NCBI GenBank assembly: GCA_024137785.1
Contig: JAHRHZ010000095.1
Location: 124,001-188,000 of the forward strand
Origin: Ginglymostoma cirratum
Lineage: Eukaryota
Reading direction: 5' to 3'
Length of the DNA stretch: 64,000 nt
A program made the translations under genes and the position numbers. This document shows, piece after piece, positions 27,730 to 40,979 of the stretch (its first letter is position 1; the number at the start of each line of letters is the position of its first letter). The notes below the pieces were generated by a model. That model ran no database searches, was not told where the DNA came from, and saw only the letters and a program-made list of their open reading frames with translations.

Positions 27730-29322
27730 AAGGTAATTCTTCAATTCCACAACAGGAAGCTCACCATCAAGCCAATCCAGCTGCTCAACTAAATCAGCGT
27801 ATCCATTTGCTGAGGCGTTACCCTGGCCATGCACACCTTCACAGGCCAAACACTGCCATTCCTTCCAGGCCTCCTCGTTTGAACAATCCCAGAACTCCAG
27901 GAATGCAAATTGCTCCCCCTGACCATTACTTTGTTACCCCAGAAGCCTATCGTGCAGGATTTAATGCCGTGAGATATGTGGCCTCAAGGCCGCAACAATC
28001 TTTAAACTTGCATAGGTGCAACTATCGTCATGCTGATGGCCAAGGAGTTTTCTACAGACACCAGAGACCCATTACTGTACGAAAAGGCCCACCATGGCCG
28101 GACCAAGTTCTTCATCACCGATGTCTGCATAAACCTCCCTGCTGGCCACAGCAACTTTCAGCATGCAATGCCCCACCATCTTCACATCATTCAAAGCCTA
28201 ACTGTGCTCCTGATCATTCACAGATCACCAGCAACCTTGACCACCACAGCTTCTCAGGGGACAGTTTTGGTATTAACTGTTCAGTGAAAAGTGGATACCT
28301 GGCAGACAGCCCAGGTAGTGATTCCAGCTCAGGTCCTTGCCACTGCTCCTCCAGTGATTCAACACTGGACTGCACAGACATCAGCAACCAGTGTACTTAT
28401 GGGAGCCAGTCAACTTTCCGCAGCTCTCTGAGCAGTGAGTATGATCCCCTTGTATACTGTGGGGTGGGTGGGGAAACTATGAAGAGTTCATCCTTTGAAG
28501 TCCAGAGACCCAGGTCCATGGACTCAGTTAATGGTCCTCTGGAAGACCATGCGTTTAGCCACACTCACTACCACCATCATCGGCACCATCACTATGGCGA
28601 TGCTGACCCAAGTCCTGAAGGAGCGCAATGTATGAACCCTGGCTGGAGCTCAGCAGAGAAGCGGGAAAACAAACAGTTGGAGGAGTTCATGAATGATAAT
28701 CTACACTGCCAGCCTGAGGCAGAGTTCAGCTGCCAATCCCAGTACACTGCTCATTCTGTCCAGTGCCCCTACATGGAGCAGCACCTATTACTTTCCCCTG
28801 GACTTTGCCTTCCTGAAACATCCCTGCAAACTATGGATGGGGAAAGGAGAAAGAGTGAGGTAGTTTGTGCCAAACCAGATAAAGTGCCTTCAGAAAATAA
28901 ATCCAATCGGACCAGCAACAGGAGGAGGCGAAGGAGGAGGAAAAGAAATTTCCAAATGGATCAGCCAGTAGTTTACTTCCATCAGGACTGTGATACTCTG
29001 GAGGACTGTAGAGTACATATTCATTATGGGAACCGTGGGAGGCAATGCCGTCTTCCAAATGTTCAGCCATCAGTGCCAATCCCTTTAATCCTTAACAATG
29101 GAGCCTCTAATGGATGGAGTTTCCCATTTTGTGAGTGTCCTAGCTCCCTCTGTCAGCAACGACTGTGTCAGGTTGGTTCTGAGCCACAGCTGGCAGAAGA
29201 GCAGTACATGAACAACAATGAGCCACGACACACATTTCAAGAGAACTATACTGAAGGATATCGTGATGGAGTACAATTACAAGACGAGTCCTTCCACTGC
29301 CATACAATCCCTAACAATCCAG
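27730..29322 (+). CDS. RNF43: RNF43 large cytoplasmic-tail exon (Ser-rich, His-rich and basic segments)
   Basis: 1593-bp open phase 1/1 exon within ORF 27696..29330. It contains [41 protein letters not shown] and [12 protein letters not shown], both conserved in RNF43. Confidence 0.95.
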
Positions 29323-29639
29323 GTAGATAAGAGTGCATGTATTCCTTTAGAAGAAAGACAGAAATATTTTTGATTTGTCAAAAATAGATTATTGTCTGTA
29401 TGACATTTTCAGCTTGTAGTTTTTTTTTCTGGAAACAGCTTTAGCAGGGTAGTGAACCACAGTAATGAGGCCATTTTGTAAAAGAGTAGTGCAGTAGTTT
29501 CCATGTGGTGTGAAGAGTCCAAGGAAAGTGTAGTAAGGGATCCCAAGGTGCTAAATGCATTGAGTGCCAGGGGCAGATTTCAGCAAACCGAATAAACATT
29601 GAAAGTATTGTCAGTGATTGACTATGGATTTTTAATACA

Positions 29640-30690
29640 ATTCAATACAGCACTGGAACAGGCCGTTCGGCTCACTAAGCCTGCGCCAATTCCTATTCCT
29701 TATTTAGACCTGCTACCTATTGCCCATATGCAGTTTCTATCCTGCTGTTTGCCTCCCTTCCACATGTCTATCAAGATATGCCTTAAACATTGCTAACATG
29801 CTGGCTTCCACCAGCTTCACTGGCAGTGCGTTCCAGACATCCACCACCCTCTGTGTAAAAAACTTTCTCCTGCACTTCTCTTCTAAACTTCTGCCCTCTT
29901 ACCTTGAACTTGTGCCCTTTTGTAGTTGCACTTTCCACTGTGGGAAAAAGCCTCTCTGACTATCAACCCTATCTGTGCCTCTCATAATTTTGTAGACCTC
30001 TATCAGGTCGCACCTCAGTCTCCATCTTTCCAGTGAAAACAATCTCAGTTTATTCCACTTCTCCACATAACTCCAGACTAAGCAATATCCTGGTAAACCT
30101 TCTCTGCACCTTCTCTAAAGCATCCACGTCCTTCTGGTATTGCGGCAACCAGAACCACACACAGTATTCCAAATGTGGCCTAACTAAAGTTTTGTACAGC
30201 TGTAACATAACTTGCTGACTTTTATATTTGCTGCTCTGGCTGATGAAGGTAAGCGTGCTGTATGACTTCACGACCCTTATCTACCAGTGTTGCCACTTTT
30301 ATGGATCTTTGGCCCTGGATGCCTAGATCCCTAAATCCTTCTATGTCTTTGCTCCTAAGGGTTCTGCCATTTATTGCATAATTTGCACCTGAATTTGATC
30401 TTCCAAAATGCATCACCACATATTTGTCCAGATTAAACTCCACCTGCCATTTTGTTGCCAAAATCTGCAATCGATCTATATCCTGCTGTATCCTTTGACA
30501 ATCCTCCACACTATCTGCAACTCTACCAATTATGGTGTCATCTGCAAACCTACTAATCAGACCACCTACATTTCCCTCCAGATCAGTTATATAGTTTACA
30601 AACGACAAAGGGCCCAGCACTGATCCCTGCAGAAGTTACTGACTTCCCTTCCAAAAAGCACCCTTCCACCACTCTCTGTCTTCTGGCATT
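29640..30690 (-). mobile_element. CR1-type LINE 3' portion
   Basis: ORF pieces LGPLSFVNYITDL..ISRFADDT and LYKTLVRPHLEYCVWFW..LEKVQRRFTR. Confidence 0.9.
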
Positions 30691-30729
30691 GATTAGAGAA
30701 ATGCATCATTTGTGTTTGGATTCTTATCC

Positions 30730-31540
30730 CTTTCAACAACGACAAGTGACAGCACCTAAGGGCGTTACCCCAGCACAGAACCTCATAGTGGGAGGGAATT
30801 CCAGAACCTCATGCTTTAGCAGAAGACAGCACGGCCATAAATGGCATGATGATTAAAAGGACAGAATTCTGTGAGCCCTTTGAAGATTGTGGGCTGAATG
30901 AGATCACGTTGTAGGTAAGGGGCCAGATCTTGAAGGAATTTGAAACCAAGGATGAGAATCTTAATGTCAAGATATCGTTGGCCAAGAACCAGTGTCAGTC
31001 AGTAAGCACTAATGCAATAGGGGTAAATGGCAATTTATTTGATTTAGGACCTGGGCAGCAGAGTTTAGAATGACTTCAACTTTGCAATGTTGTAGAATGT
31101 GGGAGACCAACCAAGAGTGCAGGGAATCATCGGGTAACAAGGGGTATCGATGAATGTTCAGATTCAAGGCTGAGAGAGACACGTGTTTAATCAGTAAGAG
31201 GGTTATGGGGAAAAGGTAGGAAAGTGGAGTTGAGGATTGTCAGATTGTCAGATCAGCAATAATTTTATTGAATGGTGGAACGTACTTGATGGGCTGAATG
31301 GCCTACTTCTACTCTTGCATCTTATGGTCTTATAACAGTCCGTCTTGTTCTGTTGAATGTGGAAATGGGTGATCGTAGTACTGATGCAAAAATTTGGTCA
31401 GATGTTCATTTTGGGGTCCAATATGACATCAAGATTGCAAACAAATTGGTTTGATGTCTGACTGTTGCTAAGGAGATAAATGGAGTGGATAGTTAGTTTG
31501 CTTAGAGATTGGAACAATGGCAATGGAATTCAGAACATAT
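30730..31540 (-). mobile_element. Old L2-like LINE fragment with a nested + strand CR1 tail (~31180-31335)
   Basis: L2-like signatures (gggagggaattccaga; ttgaaaccaaggatgagaat; ggcagcagagttt). The CR1 tail matches other copies. Confidence 0.5.
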
Positions 31541-31879
31541 TTCCGTGAGAAGCCTGAGGGAGAGATTCCTGCTGAAGTCATGTGGACATTATGCTTAGAA
31601 AGCAGCATCTTTCTAGTGTAAAAACAGAGCTTCATTTCAAGTATTTGTAAGGGAGGGATGTTTTGACATTTTAATGTATTTAATATGTAATATATTGTAC
31701 AGTTAATTATTTTGTGATCTTACTTTCTCAATTTATGCTGCTTTCCTCCATTTTAAAACGTTGAGAACATACTAAGATTTCAACAGGCATTAAGATAGTA
31801 TTAGGAGTATAGATTACAATTTTCACCTTGCATTAAACTGAATCACAGCCATGAACCAATCATCATCCGTTCTGGTGTC

Positions 31880-32100
31880 AGATCTCTGAGCTGACAAAAG
31901 ATTGGTTACGTCTTAATTAGTGGTTCATCGATCCTGCATTGTAACCGGAACTCTGGGTTTACTGTGAGCATGTTAAAGTCTAATAAATGATTAATTTTAA
32001 GATTGAGCACGAAATAAGGGCTTGATTGGAATCTGCAGTTCTTCATGTCATGAGAGTCATGCTGAGGTAAAGACACCAAAGGAGTCTAGGGAAACAAATG
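31880..32100 (+). repeat. Copy 1 of an unidentified ~220-bp direct repeat
   Basis: Aligns with 35638-35860 (ttgtaac.ggaactctgggtttactg.gagcatgttaaa ... ggtaaagacaccaaagga). Confidence 0.85.
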
Positions 32101-32744
32101 ATCTATTCTGGGCTTTGTATGCAAGCTGGTTTATTGTACTAGTCAGAAAATAGACCACTCTGTTCATGTAAGAGCACTAAATAAAATGAGTTCGAATAAA
32201 CTTGGTACTTTGTGGGCACAGGCCCAATTGGAACGAAAGGAATTACCCATTTTCAGTGCCACTTGACATTGAATTAATCCTGCTTTGATAGCACACCAAT
32301 GAGGAAGGAGTGATTTCTCAATCTGCTCAATCAGCTTTGGAAATGTAGGACAAGGTAATGTAGAAGCTGTTTTAATCTGTAGCTCATCTAAAATTATCTC
32401 ATAGGATTTTTAGGGAGCATACCTCAGTATGTGCCTTGTGCTTCAGGTGATCTGGGAAGAGTTTAAGCTGACACTACATCCTTGAAATGCAAAATGCTTA
32501 ACCTCCCCACACTAAACCCCTCATCAAATATGTAAAGGCAATTCACATCAAGTGTGTGTGACAGAAATAATTAGCTGCACCCTAACATTCGTTACACTTT
32601 CCTGTGGTATGGTATGGACAATTCTTCAAAAGTATTTAATTCCTGCAAAGCACATTGGAACTGTTCAGTGACGTGGTAGAGTGGCCATTTTAAGTGTGAT
32701 GCCAAGTCAAAAGTGCCATTGTTGGCATACATACCAGAAAGCCG

Positions 32745-33225
32745 CTGGAGAGGGTTCAGAAGACATTTACCAGGATGTTGCTGGATAGGGAAGATTTGAG
32801 TTATAAAGAAAGGCTTGGATATTTTCACTAGAGTATAGGAGGTTAAGAGGTGACCTTATAGAAGTTTATAAAATAATGAGGGTTAATGATAGATAATAAG
32901 AGATAGAGTTAATGATAGTTGTCTTTTCCGATGGGATTTCAAGACAAGGGGGCACAGTTTAAGGTGAGAGGGGAGAGATTTAAAAAAGACATTAGAGGCA
33001 AATTGTTTACACAGAGGGTGGTTCACGTGTGTCATGAATGTCCTGAGGAAGTGATGGTCGTGGGTACAGTTGCAACGTATAAAAGACATTCGGATAAGTA
33101 CATGAATAGGAAAGGTTTGAAGGGATATAGGCCAGAAGCAAGCAGGTGAGACTATTTTAGTTTGGGAATATGTTTGGCATGGACTGGTTGGACTGAAGGG
33201 TCTGTTTCCATGCTGTATGACTTAA
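32745..33225 (+). mobile_element. CR1-type LINE 3' end
   Basis: agggttcagaagacatttaccaggatgttg, RGDLIEVYKIM, and FKVRGERFKKDIRGKLFTQRVV, then the 3' tail. Confidence 0.9.
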
Positions 33226-33933
33226 TGACCACGGTGAGATAGCTTTTGCCTTCTGGAGCATTTCAATGCTGTAGTTCACCTCAGAGAACTGGTGGACATA
33301 ATGGTTACTGTTGCTACTTTCACAATATCTGCTGTGCCCTTCATGATGAAATAGGCAATTATCGGTGACTTCCAAAAATCTCATATAATGATGTCCACTT
33401 GGGAAAGTACAGAAGAGCTTGTGTGACCAGGCACTGTACTCCTGTTAATCATTGGGGATGGGGCTGGGGGCATTGGCAGGGATATGAAGACAGAAAACAA
33501 TAAATTTGTGTCCTAATATTTGTGTCAAAGATTACCTCACTGAGCTATCAATCTAATATAATTAGTAACCCCTCACACAATTATTTCTTATCCATGGGAC
33601 CCAAGTTCAAACCGATCCACACGAACAACAACATTAATAAAGCAACTCATATTAAAATGTCTCAAAGTGCTTCATGGAAGACTTATTCAACAAAATTCAA
33701 GAAAACCGCATGATGTTAGAGCAGGTGATGAAAAACGTGGTCAGGGATAGGTTTAAGGCACATTTTAAAGGAGGAGAGAGAGCTGGAAAGTGAAGATTTT
33801 TAGGTGGGGAGTTTCAGAAGTTAGAACCAACCTCGCTGAAGATATGTTCAACAATTTTAGAGCAGTGAACATCTAGTCTGCTACGGAGCATAAACTTTGA
33901 GGAACACAGAAGCCTCAGAAGTCTATGTTCCTA

Positions 33934-33995
33934 AGACTGGTTGAGTAACTCTCTTCAGTAGACTGGTTGAGTAATTCTCTTCAGTTGACTGGTTG
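33934..33995. repeat. Tandem duplication, 26-bp unit x ~2.4
   Basis: agactggttgagtaactctcttcagt / agactggttgagtaattctcttcagt / tgactggttg. Confidence 0.9.
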
Positions 33996-34710
33996 TAAGC
34001 TTCCTGCCTGTAAGAGGTCTTGGCAGCACAGGACACTTTCCACATGAAAAGGGCCCTCACCACAATATCACCCTCACAGCAAGAATATATCTAATGTAGG
34101 AAATGGAAACATGACTAGTGCTGCAGCCAGAGTAGTTTTATGTTGGGGATCTTTACTCTGGACCTAATGTGTGACTGTGTGCATCACTGGCAAGACCAGA
34201 ATTTGTTACCCATTCTGCTTGCCTTTGAGAAGGTTTTGGGAGCCTTGTTGGAACCTTGATCGCAGCAGTGCATTTTGCAAGGAAACATGAATCGTGCATT
34301 AGGAATGGAACATGAACTGTGTTACACCTGATCTGGAATAATTGATGCTAACATTCTATCATTGAAATGAATAGTTCTTTGTTCTCTAGAAATTACATAC
34401 TTCGTCTTTAGAAAATATTTGCAAAACAAAATTTCATCATTTTTGTTCTAGCATACTGATTATGCTCCATTTCAAATTGTGTAAATGTGCAGAATCAATC
34501 TTTGCTGTGTTTTAGCAAGAGGATATTTGCTCTACTGTGCAAATTTTCCTCTCTTGTTACAAGATTGTTTTTGAGATTGAGGTCAGCAACTCTTAATTCA
34601 GGATACATTATCCATGTTATTTAGAGCTTTCAATTCAGCTGAACAGAACAATTCATGTAAAGCACTGGAAGTTTTTCAAAATGCCTGATGATGTTTTTCT
34701 ATCCAAGTAG

Positions 34711-34754
34711 GTTCAGAATCAAATATGGAAGAGATCTGTGAAGAAGCTGTGTAG
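34711..34754 (+). CDS. RNF43: RNF43 terminal coding exon, (G)SESNMEEICEEAV*
   Basis: Phase-1 acceptor, 44 coding nt ending in TAG; resembles the human RNF43 C-terminus GSEEELEELCEQAV. Confidence 0.92.
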
Positions 34755-35544
34755 CTAACTGGACACAGAAAGCAAGTCTGAAGAAGCGTTATAGCTGGGA
34801 GGACAAAGGATACAGGAGTGAAGAAATGGTGAAGCCAATAGGATGAAGGGAGTAGGTGTGAAGAAACACTAAAGCTGGTGGGATAACAGGGTGAGGATAA
34901 AGAAACCAAGTAGCTGTAGAGTAATGCAGGAAGTGTCAACACGCCATGTAGCTGGTGAGTTGAGGTGTTCAGATGGCATAATAAAGTTTAATGGAAGATG
35001 GATCAACATGACAAAGAACAAATTACTTCAAAGTTTGGAATACTCAGTCCAGGAACGTGAATCTTCAGAAGCAGCTCTTCATGGTATTGGTGCTTATTAT
35101 TCATTGCCAACTATCTACTTCACCAGAGACTTGGGGGGTATCTGTATGCCTTCCATTTGATTGGAGAATTGAAGGGCTTATTGATGGGTCTATTCCAAGT
35201 TGTCTTTGTCTTCCAAAATAGCCCAAGGGAGAGCAAACTCCCAGCACTTGTGACTCAACCCTGACTATCAGATAGTAGAAGCACTTAAAGACAAATGTAG
35301 CCTTATGGGATCTTGTATTTACCAAGGTTCCTCAGTATATTTTGGGTACTTTGAATTAAGAGCAAAACTTTTTGAAGTGTTGTATTATATTTGTATAGAA
35401 AGACATTTCATTATGGTAATATGTTCTTAATATATTTATTTACTAATATATTTATCCTCTGCCAGGGTATGTAATGTAAAGTGCCTTATAAATGATCAGT
35501 GCTGTCACTAACTTGATGGTCTGACCCTATTCAGATTATGCTCA

Positions 35545-35550
35545 AATAAA
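35545..35550 (+). terminator. Candidate RNF43 polyadenylation signal (an alternative proximal AATAAA lies at 34980-34985)
   Basis: AATAAA preceded by AT-rich sequence and followed by a GT-rich stretch, ~790 nt after the stop. Confidence 0.5.
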
Positions 35551-35637
35551 TTATTTTCAATTACAGAGATGTTTGAATGATTTTGTGTGACATGATTGTA
35601 GCTATAATGCAAGACTTCACAAATAGGACTTGCATCA

Positions 35638-35860
35638 GGTCTTTGAGCTTACCAAAGATAGGTTATATCTTAGTTGTTGTTTCGTTGATGCTGCGTTGTA
35701 ACTGGAACTCTGGGTTTACTGCGAGCATGTTAAAAGTCTGATAATACATTATTTATTTTAAGAGCATATGAGAAATCAGAGCTGTATGGGAATCGCAATT
35801 CTTCATATCATGAGATAGACTTGCTGGGGTAAAGACACCAAAGGATCTAGGAAACAAATT
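35638..35860 (+). repeat. Copy 2 of the unidentified ~220-bp direct repeat
   Basis: Aligns with 31880-32100. Confidence 0.85.
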
Positions 35861-37956
35861 AAGAAATATAGAAGTTCCGGAATTTTGACCCAGTGACAGT
35901 GAAAGCTTGGCAATATAGTTCCAAGTCAGCATGAATTGTGACCTGGAGGAAGATTTGCAGCTGATGGCATTTTAGTGCAGTTGCTACTGCTCATGTTCTT
36001 GGTGGCAGAAGCCACAAGTTTGAAAGGTGCAGCTGGTTCTGGAGTACACGTTTTTGGTATCTTTGTGGCAGCGTTGTCAGCAGCCATAGTCTTAGCTATG
36101 CCCAGTATCTTCAGTTGTTTCTTCATTTCACACTGAGTGAGTTAAATTGTCTGAAACCTTAAAGCTGCAACAGTGGCAACCACAGTGAGACCAAGGTAAA
36201 TCGTCTACTAAGTGCTTCTGTCTGAGAAAGGTTCCAAATGCTTTAGTCTTTTTTGCACCAATCCTCAGCTACACTACCATTGATGTTGGGGATGTTTTTG
36301 AGCAGTCCCCTATGGTTGGTTGTTTCGTTGCTTATGACCATCTATGAATATACCAGGATTACAGAGCTTTGATCTGATGTGATCTGGGGACACTTATCTT
36401 TGTATTGTATGCAGATTCTGCTATCTAATGCACGTGTACTGCTATATTGTACTTCATCAAGTTGACGTTTTATTTTTCAGGATGCCTGCTATTGCTCTTG
36501 CCATGCTCTGACATTGAGACTGTGTCAGATCTTCGGCTTTACAGTAATGGCAAGTGACGAACGATGAAGTTAAAGATGGTGACTGAATTGTGCTGCTATT
36601 TTTCAGAAGAAAAGCACAGATTCTGGCTGAGTACATGAAGGACAAACTAGAAAGATGTATTTATTGTGTTTGATATGGAATCAGTGGTGCATTAGGAAGG
36701 TTGCCGGAGAAGAATACAGAGGACCAGACTAATGCATTGGAGACATTGGGTCAAATCTTACCAAAGCATCTGGTGGAAGTTAATTGCAGATATATTAATT
36801 GAAGCTAGGAGCTAGACTCAGTGATGGTGACCACGACAGTATTGAATTCTTCACTGATATCCTTCAGAGAAGGAAATCCGATGTCCTTCTCTGCTTTGTT
36901 ACTTGTTACTCCAGATGCACCACAATAAGCTTGATCATCAACTGAAGCCTAAAATGGCCCAGCAAGCCACCAGTTCTATGAATCAAGGACAAATAAAATC
37001 AAAAAGGAATAAAGTCAGACAGACCATTTGTCAACAGCCTGGGCGCAAAAACTGCAGACAGCTGATACTGCCAAATCCTCCTCCCTGATATCTATAGGCC
37101 TCTGCCATAATTGGTAGGTGTGCCAAAGAATAGTTGAGCACCTCCACACACAGGAGCTAAGTTTAGAAATTTAAATTTGCCGTTCCTGCCCCTCACAGCT
37201 CAGCTCCAGAGCCTGCCCTCACAGCGTGGATTCAGGGAAGGAAAGCAGCAAGCCCGGAAGGTTGACAGTAACAGAGTGGTCACGACTGTAAACCAGGGGG
37301 TTGGCAGCAAGGTAGAAAGTTGGGAGTGACAGAGGGCAGTTCCATAAAGGCACTGATCAGGTCATGCAGCCCTATGTCAGTCTGGTACAAAGCTACATAA
37401 AAACAAAACTCATGATGCTAAATGAGAAAACCATTTAATATCCAACACTAAAGCAAAGCAATGTAAAAGGTGACAACCTAAAATACTGCTGACTGTAATT
37501 GTGTTCAAGAATGTTTGTAAAGGACAATTTTTTTGTTTCTAGAATTTGAATAGTTCAGAAGGGATCAATTTCAATTTTCCTGAATAATAAGGAATATAGC
37601 TTGTGACCTGGATCCCTGAACCTGAAAGCAATACCAAGAAAGAGGAAGTTAAGACAAATGATGTGAAACTGGCAGACACACAGGAGAGCTGCAGACATGA
37701 GAGAAGAGCTAGAGGCTGAAAGCCTCGATGCAGATACAAAGAGAAAGTAGATAGACACAGAAAAAGGAACACTGAATCTGTAATGAGAAGAAGCAAATCA
37801 CTCAGATTTTTCTATTTTGGCAGACAAGGAGAGGGAGTTCTTGGTAGCAGTGTGTGAGTTGATTTAAGAACATGTACAATCTGGGAAAGCTGAAAATTTA
37901 TCTTGAAGATGCTGCTGGGTGTCTTCTTAGAAGTGGCTAAATCAAGGTTTTTTAAA

Positions 37957-38269
37957 TAGATTCATAGAATCCCTACAGTGTGGAAACAGACCCTTTGGCC
38001 CAACAAGTCCACACCAACTGTCAGAACATCCCACCTAGACTCATCCCCTATAACCCACCTAATCTACACATCCCTGAACACTAAAGGCAATTTAGCTTGG
38101 CCAATCCACCTTTAGACTGTGGGAGGAAACCGGTGCACCCAGAGGAGACCCACACAGATGTGGGGAGAATGTGCAAACTCCACACAGACAGTCACCTGAG
38201 GTTGGAATCGAACCTGGGTCTCTGGTGCTGTGAGGCAGCAGTGCTAACCACTGAGCCATCGTGCTGCCC
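37957..38269 (-). mobile_element. tRNA-derived V-SINE (HE1-like)
   Basis: A box (TGGCTCAGTGG), B box (GGTTCGATTCC), V-domain GTGTGGAGTTTGCACATTCTCCCC, and a CR1-like tail. Confidence 0.92.
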
Positions 38270-38639
38270 ATATGTTATTCCATATCTGTTGAAAGGGAGC
38301 TCTGGGAAGCAGCAGCACCAACCCGAGTGGGAGAGGTCGTCTAAGTGGGTCTTGCTGATTATAATCATACCTGTAACATTTCAGAGGTGAAAAGCTGTTG
38401 TTTGCTGAGACTTCTGACCTATCCTGAATGAATAAAGACCAGAATATTGTGGAACTGTATAGCTACCTAAGGCTATATTTGTGTGGGGGTGCTTGCGTTT
38501 GCATAAAGCGTATGTTCATTGTATTAACTATCTAAAATGAAATTTACCCTTAATTGAGATTTTATTTGCCTGTTAATTCACGTGAAATTTGCATTGCTTC
38601 TGATTCCCATTAAAGCAGAATGGGCAAAAAGTGAAAACT

Positions 38640-39620
38640 AGGTCATTTCTTCAGGGCATGTTTAATAAATGTGGTTATTTTTGTTTATGGTTCCATACTT
38701 CGATCATACCATCATGCCTAGCACCAGAAAATGGTTGTGGTTGTTGGAAGTCTGTTTATTTCAGCTGTAGTGTCCTCAATCCAATCATCCAAACTACATC
38801 ATCAGTGACCTTTCCTCCATCATTGAATGGAAATGAGAGAGTTTGCTGCTGATTGCACAATTTTCATTAGCAATTCTTCATACTGAAGTAGTCTGTGTCC
38901 AAATGCAGCTAGACCCAGACAGCCTTCAGGCTTGAGTTGACAAGTGTCAAGTAATATTCTCACCACACACGTACCATCACCAACAAAACAGAAATCTAAC
39001 CATATGCCCCTGATATTCAACAGCATTATCCCTATCAACATCCTGGGGTTACCACTGACTCTAAACTTAACTGGACTATGCATATAAATACTGTGATTTC
39101 AAGGGAGGATCAGATGCTGGAGTTTTGTGGCTAGAGCTTTGTTACCTCAACTCACCAAAGCCTGTCTACCTTTTCTGAGCTACAAATCAGGAATGGGATG
39201 AAGTATTCTCCAATTATCTAGATCAGTGTAACTCAACAACACTGAAGATGCTTGGCATCATCCAGGTCAAAGCCTGCTTGATTGGCACCCTTCACCATCT
39301 ACAAGATGCATTTTAGTAACTCACCAAGCATCCTTCAATGACACTTCCAAACCCATGGCTCTCCCACCAAAGACAACACGTTGGAATTTTGCTAACTGTA
39401 GGCTTTTGTCCAAGCCATAAATGTCCTGATTTGGAAGTATGTAGCTCTTCTTTCATTATCACTGGGTCAAAATCTTGGAACTCCCAACAAGCACTGAGGG
39501 TGTACCTACACCTAGTGGACTGGAGTCTTTCAAAAAGGCACCTCACTACCATCACTTCAAGTTTAATGTGAGATGAGCAACAAATCGATGCTGGTCTTGC
39601 CAATTAAAAATCATGAAAAA
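38640..39620 (+). mobile_element. CR1/L2-group LINE (family X), RT end plus 3' UTR, decayed
   Basis: aacatcctggggtt (NILGV), YKSGMG..YSP-like segment, and a 3' region shared with 15850-16390 and 48575-48870. Confidence 0.65.
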
Positions 39621-39764
39621 AAAGTAATGAAGTAAGGTGGAAGGTAGCTTATGCAAAGTGCATGAATAATGACATAGGCTAATTGTGTCAGATGGCCTGT
39701 TTATGTAAATTCTAAGCAAATATCCTGTAATAATTGCACTGGATTGCTTGACTAGGTAGATAAA

Positions 39765-39856
39765 AGCAAGATGCTGCACAAACTCAGCAGGTCTGGCAGC
39801 ATCCGTGGAGGGAGAAACAGAGTTAATGTTTTTGAGTTGGATAAGACTCCAGAACT
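39765..39856 (-). mobile_element. Penelope-like pLTR half-element (subfamily B), ribozyme core degenerate
   Basis: aactcagcaggtctggcagcatccgtggagggagaaacagagttaatgttt matches the left arm of 61707-61923. Confidence 0.65.
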
Positions 39857-40979
39857 AAATGGACTGGAAAATTGTACTTTTACGAGTTTATCTATGAACA
39901 GTTCAGACAATGCACAATATAGTTATAAATACATTATCATCTGGAAGATGTCTTAGTCCCTTTGTAAGGATGGACAAGAGGAAGACCAAAGAAAGGCCCA
40001 ATCTGGTCTAATATAGAAGGGTAATCAGGGACAAGTAAGTTTTCTTTTCTTTTGAAGATAAAAATGGATGGAGAGTGTTGGGTGCTTTAAATCTATCTCA
40101 CTCAAAAATGAAAAGGCATTAGATAAATGGGAAGTAAGACTATTCCATATTGAAAAGCAATCAAGTGGAAATTGGATTGAAGGAATGAAGGAAGAATTGA
40201 GGGAATAAAGGGCAATGTTTAAGGTTTGAAGGCAGTCATCAATTTTTACAAATGTTTATGTGGGATAAGGCAAGCATGATAACCTCACATTATTAGTGCA
40301 AGACAGTCTCTGTGAATTTGGTTGTTCACTTTGTGAAAACCACTTGAATGAGTGAAAAGTGTGGGGATTTCCTTGTACTTCAGAGCTGCTGAGTGCAGAG
40401 TTTAGTTCGCTGTGTCAGAAGCCTGGCAAAACAATGTATATATATATCCAAAAACTGTGTACACCAATTAGTCTAGCATTTGGATTTTAATGAAACTTCT
40501 TAAAAAGGTTAACCCTTAAATGAATGCAACAAATTCAATAGCTCTGTGACCCACTGATGTGATGTTTTTGTTTCCAGGTTTGAATCTCTCTCGCACAAAG
40601 GATTGCTTGCACATTATACCATGTGTATAGTCAGTCACAAACAAATTCAGTTCAGTCAGTGGTAAAATGTTGTCTCTGTTCTTCCATCATGATTTCAATG
40701 CCAATATTAACTGATGCAGTTTTCAGAAGTAATAGATTGAAGGATTTAATGAAAAAGCTGGTGGTGTGGTGACATTTTGATCTCTGGGATTTCTTCAATG
40801 TTCCCTAATTCTACATTCAGAAGGACTTGCATTTATTTATGTCAGGACTTTTATCGGCGGCAACAACAACATTATATTCAACTACAATATGTAACCACAT
40901 AGCTAGAATAGCTCCAATATCACCATTACCAGCTCGCTAGGGAAGGAGCGGCATCCGGCATAACTAAAAACGATAGGTC

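Noticed and set aside
33934-33995. Short repeats as a CRISPR-like array
   Set aside because: Eukaryotic DNA; the units are adjacent with no spacers.
38200-38269. tRNA gene
   Set aside because: The A/B boxes are the head of a V-SINE and continue into SINE body and tail; the same applies at 58344.
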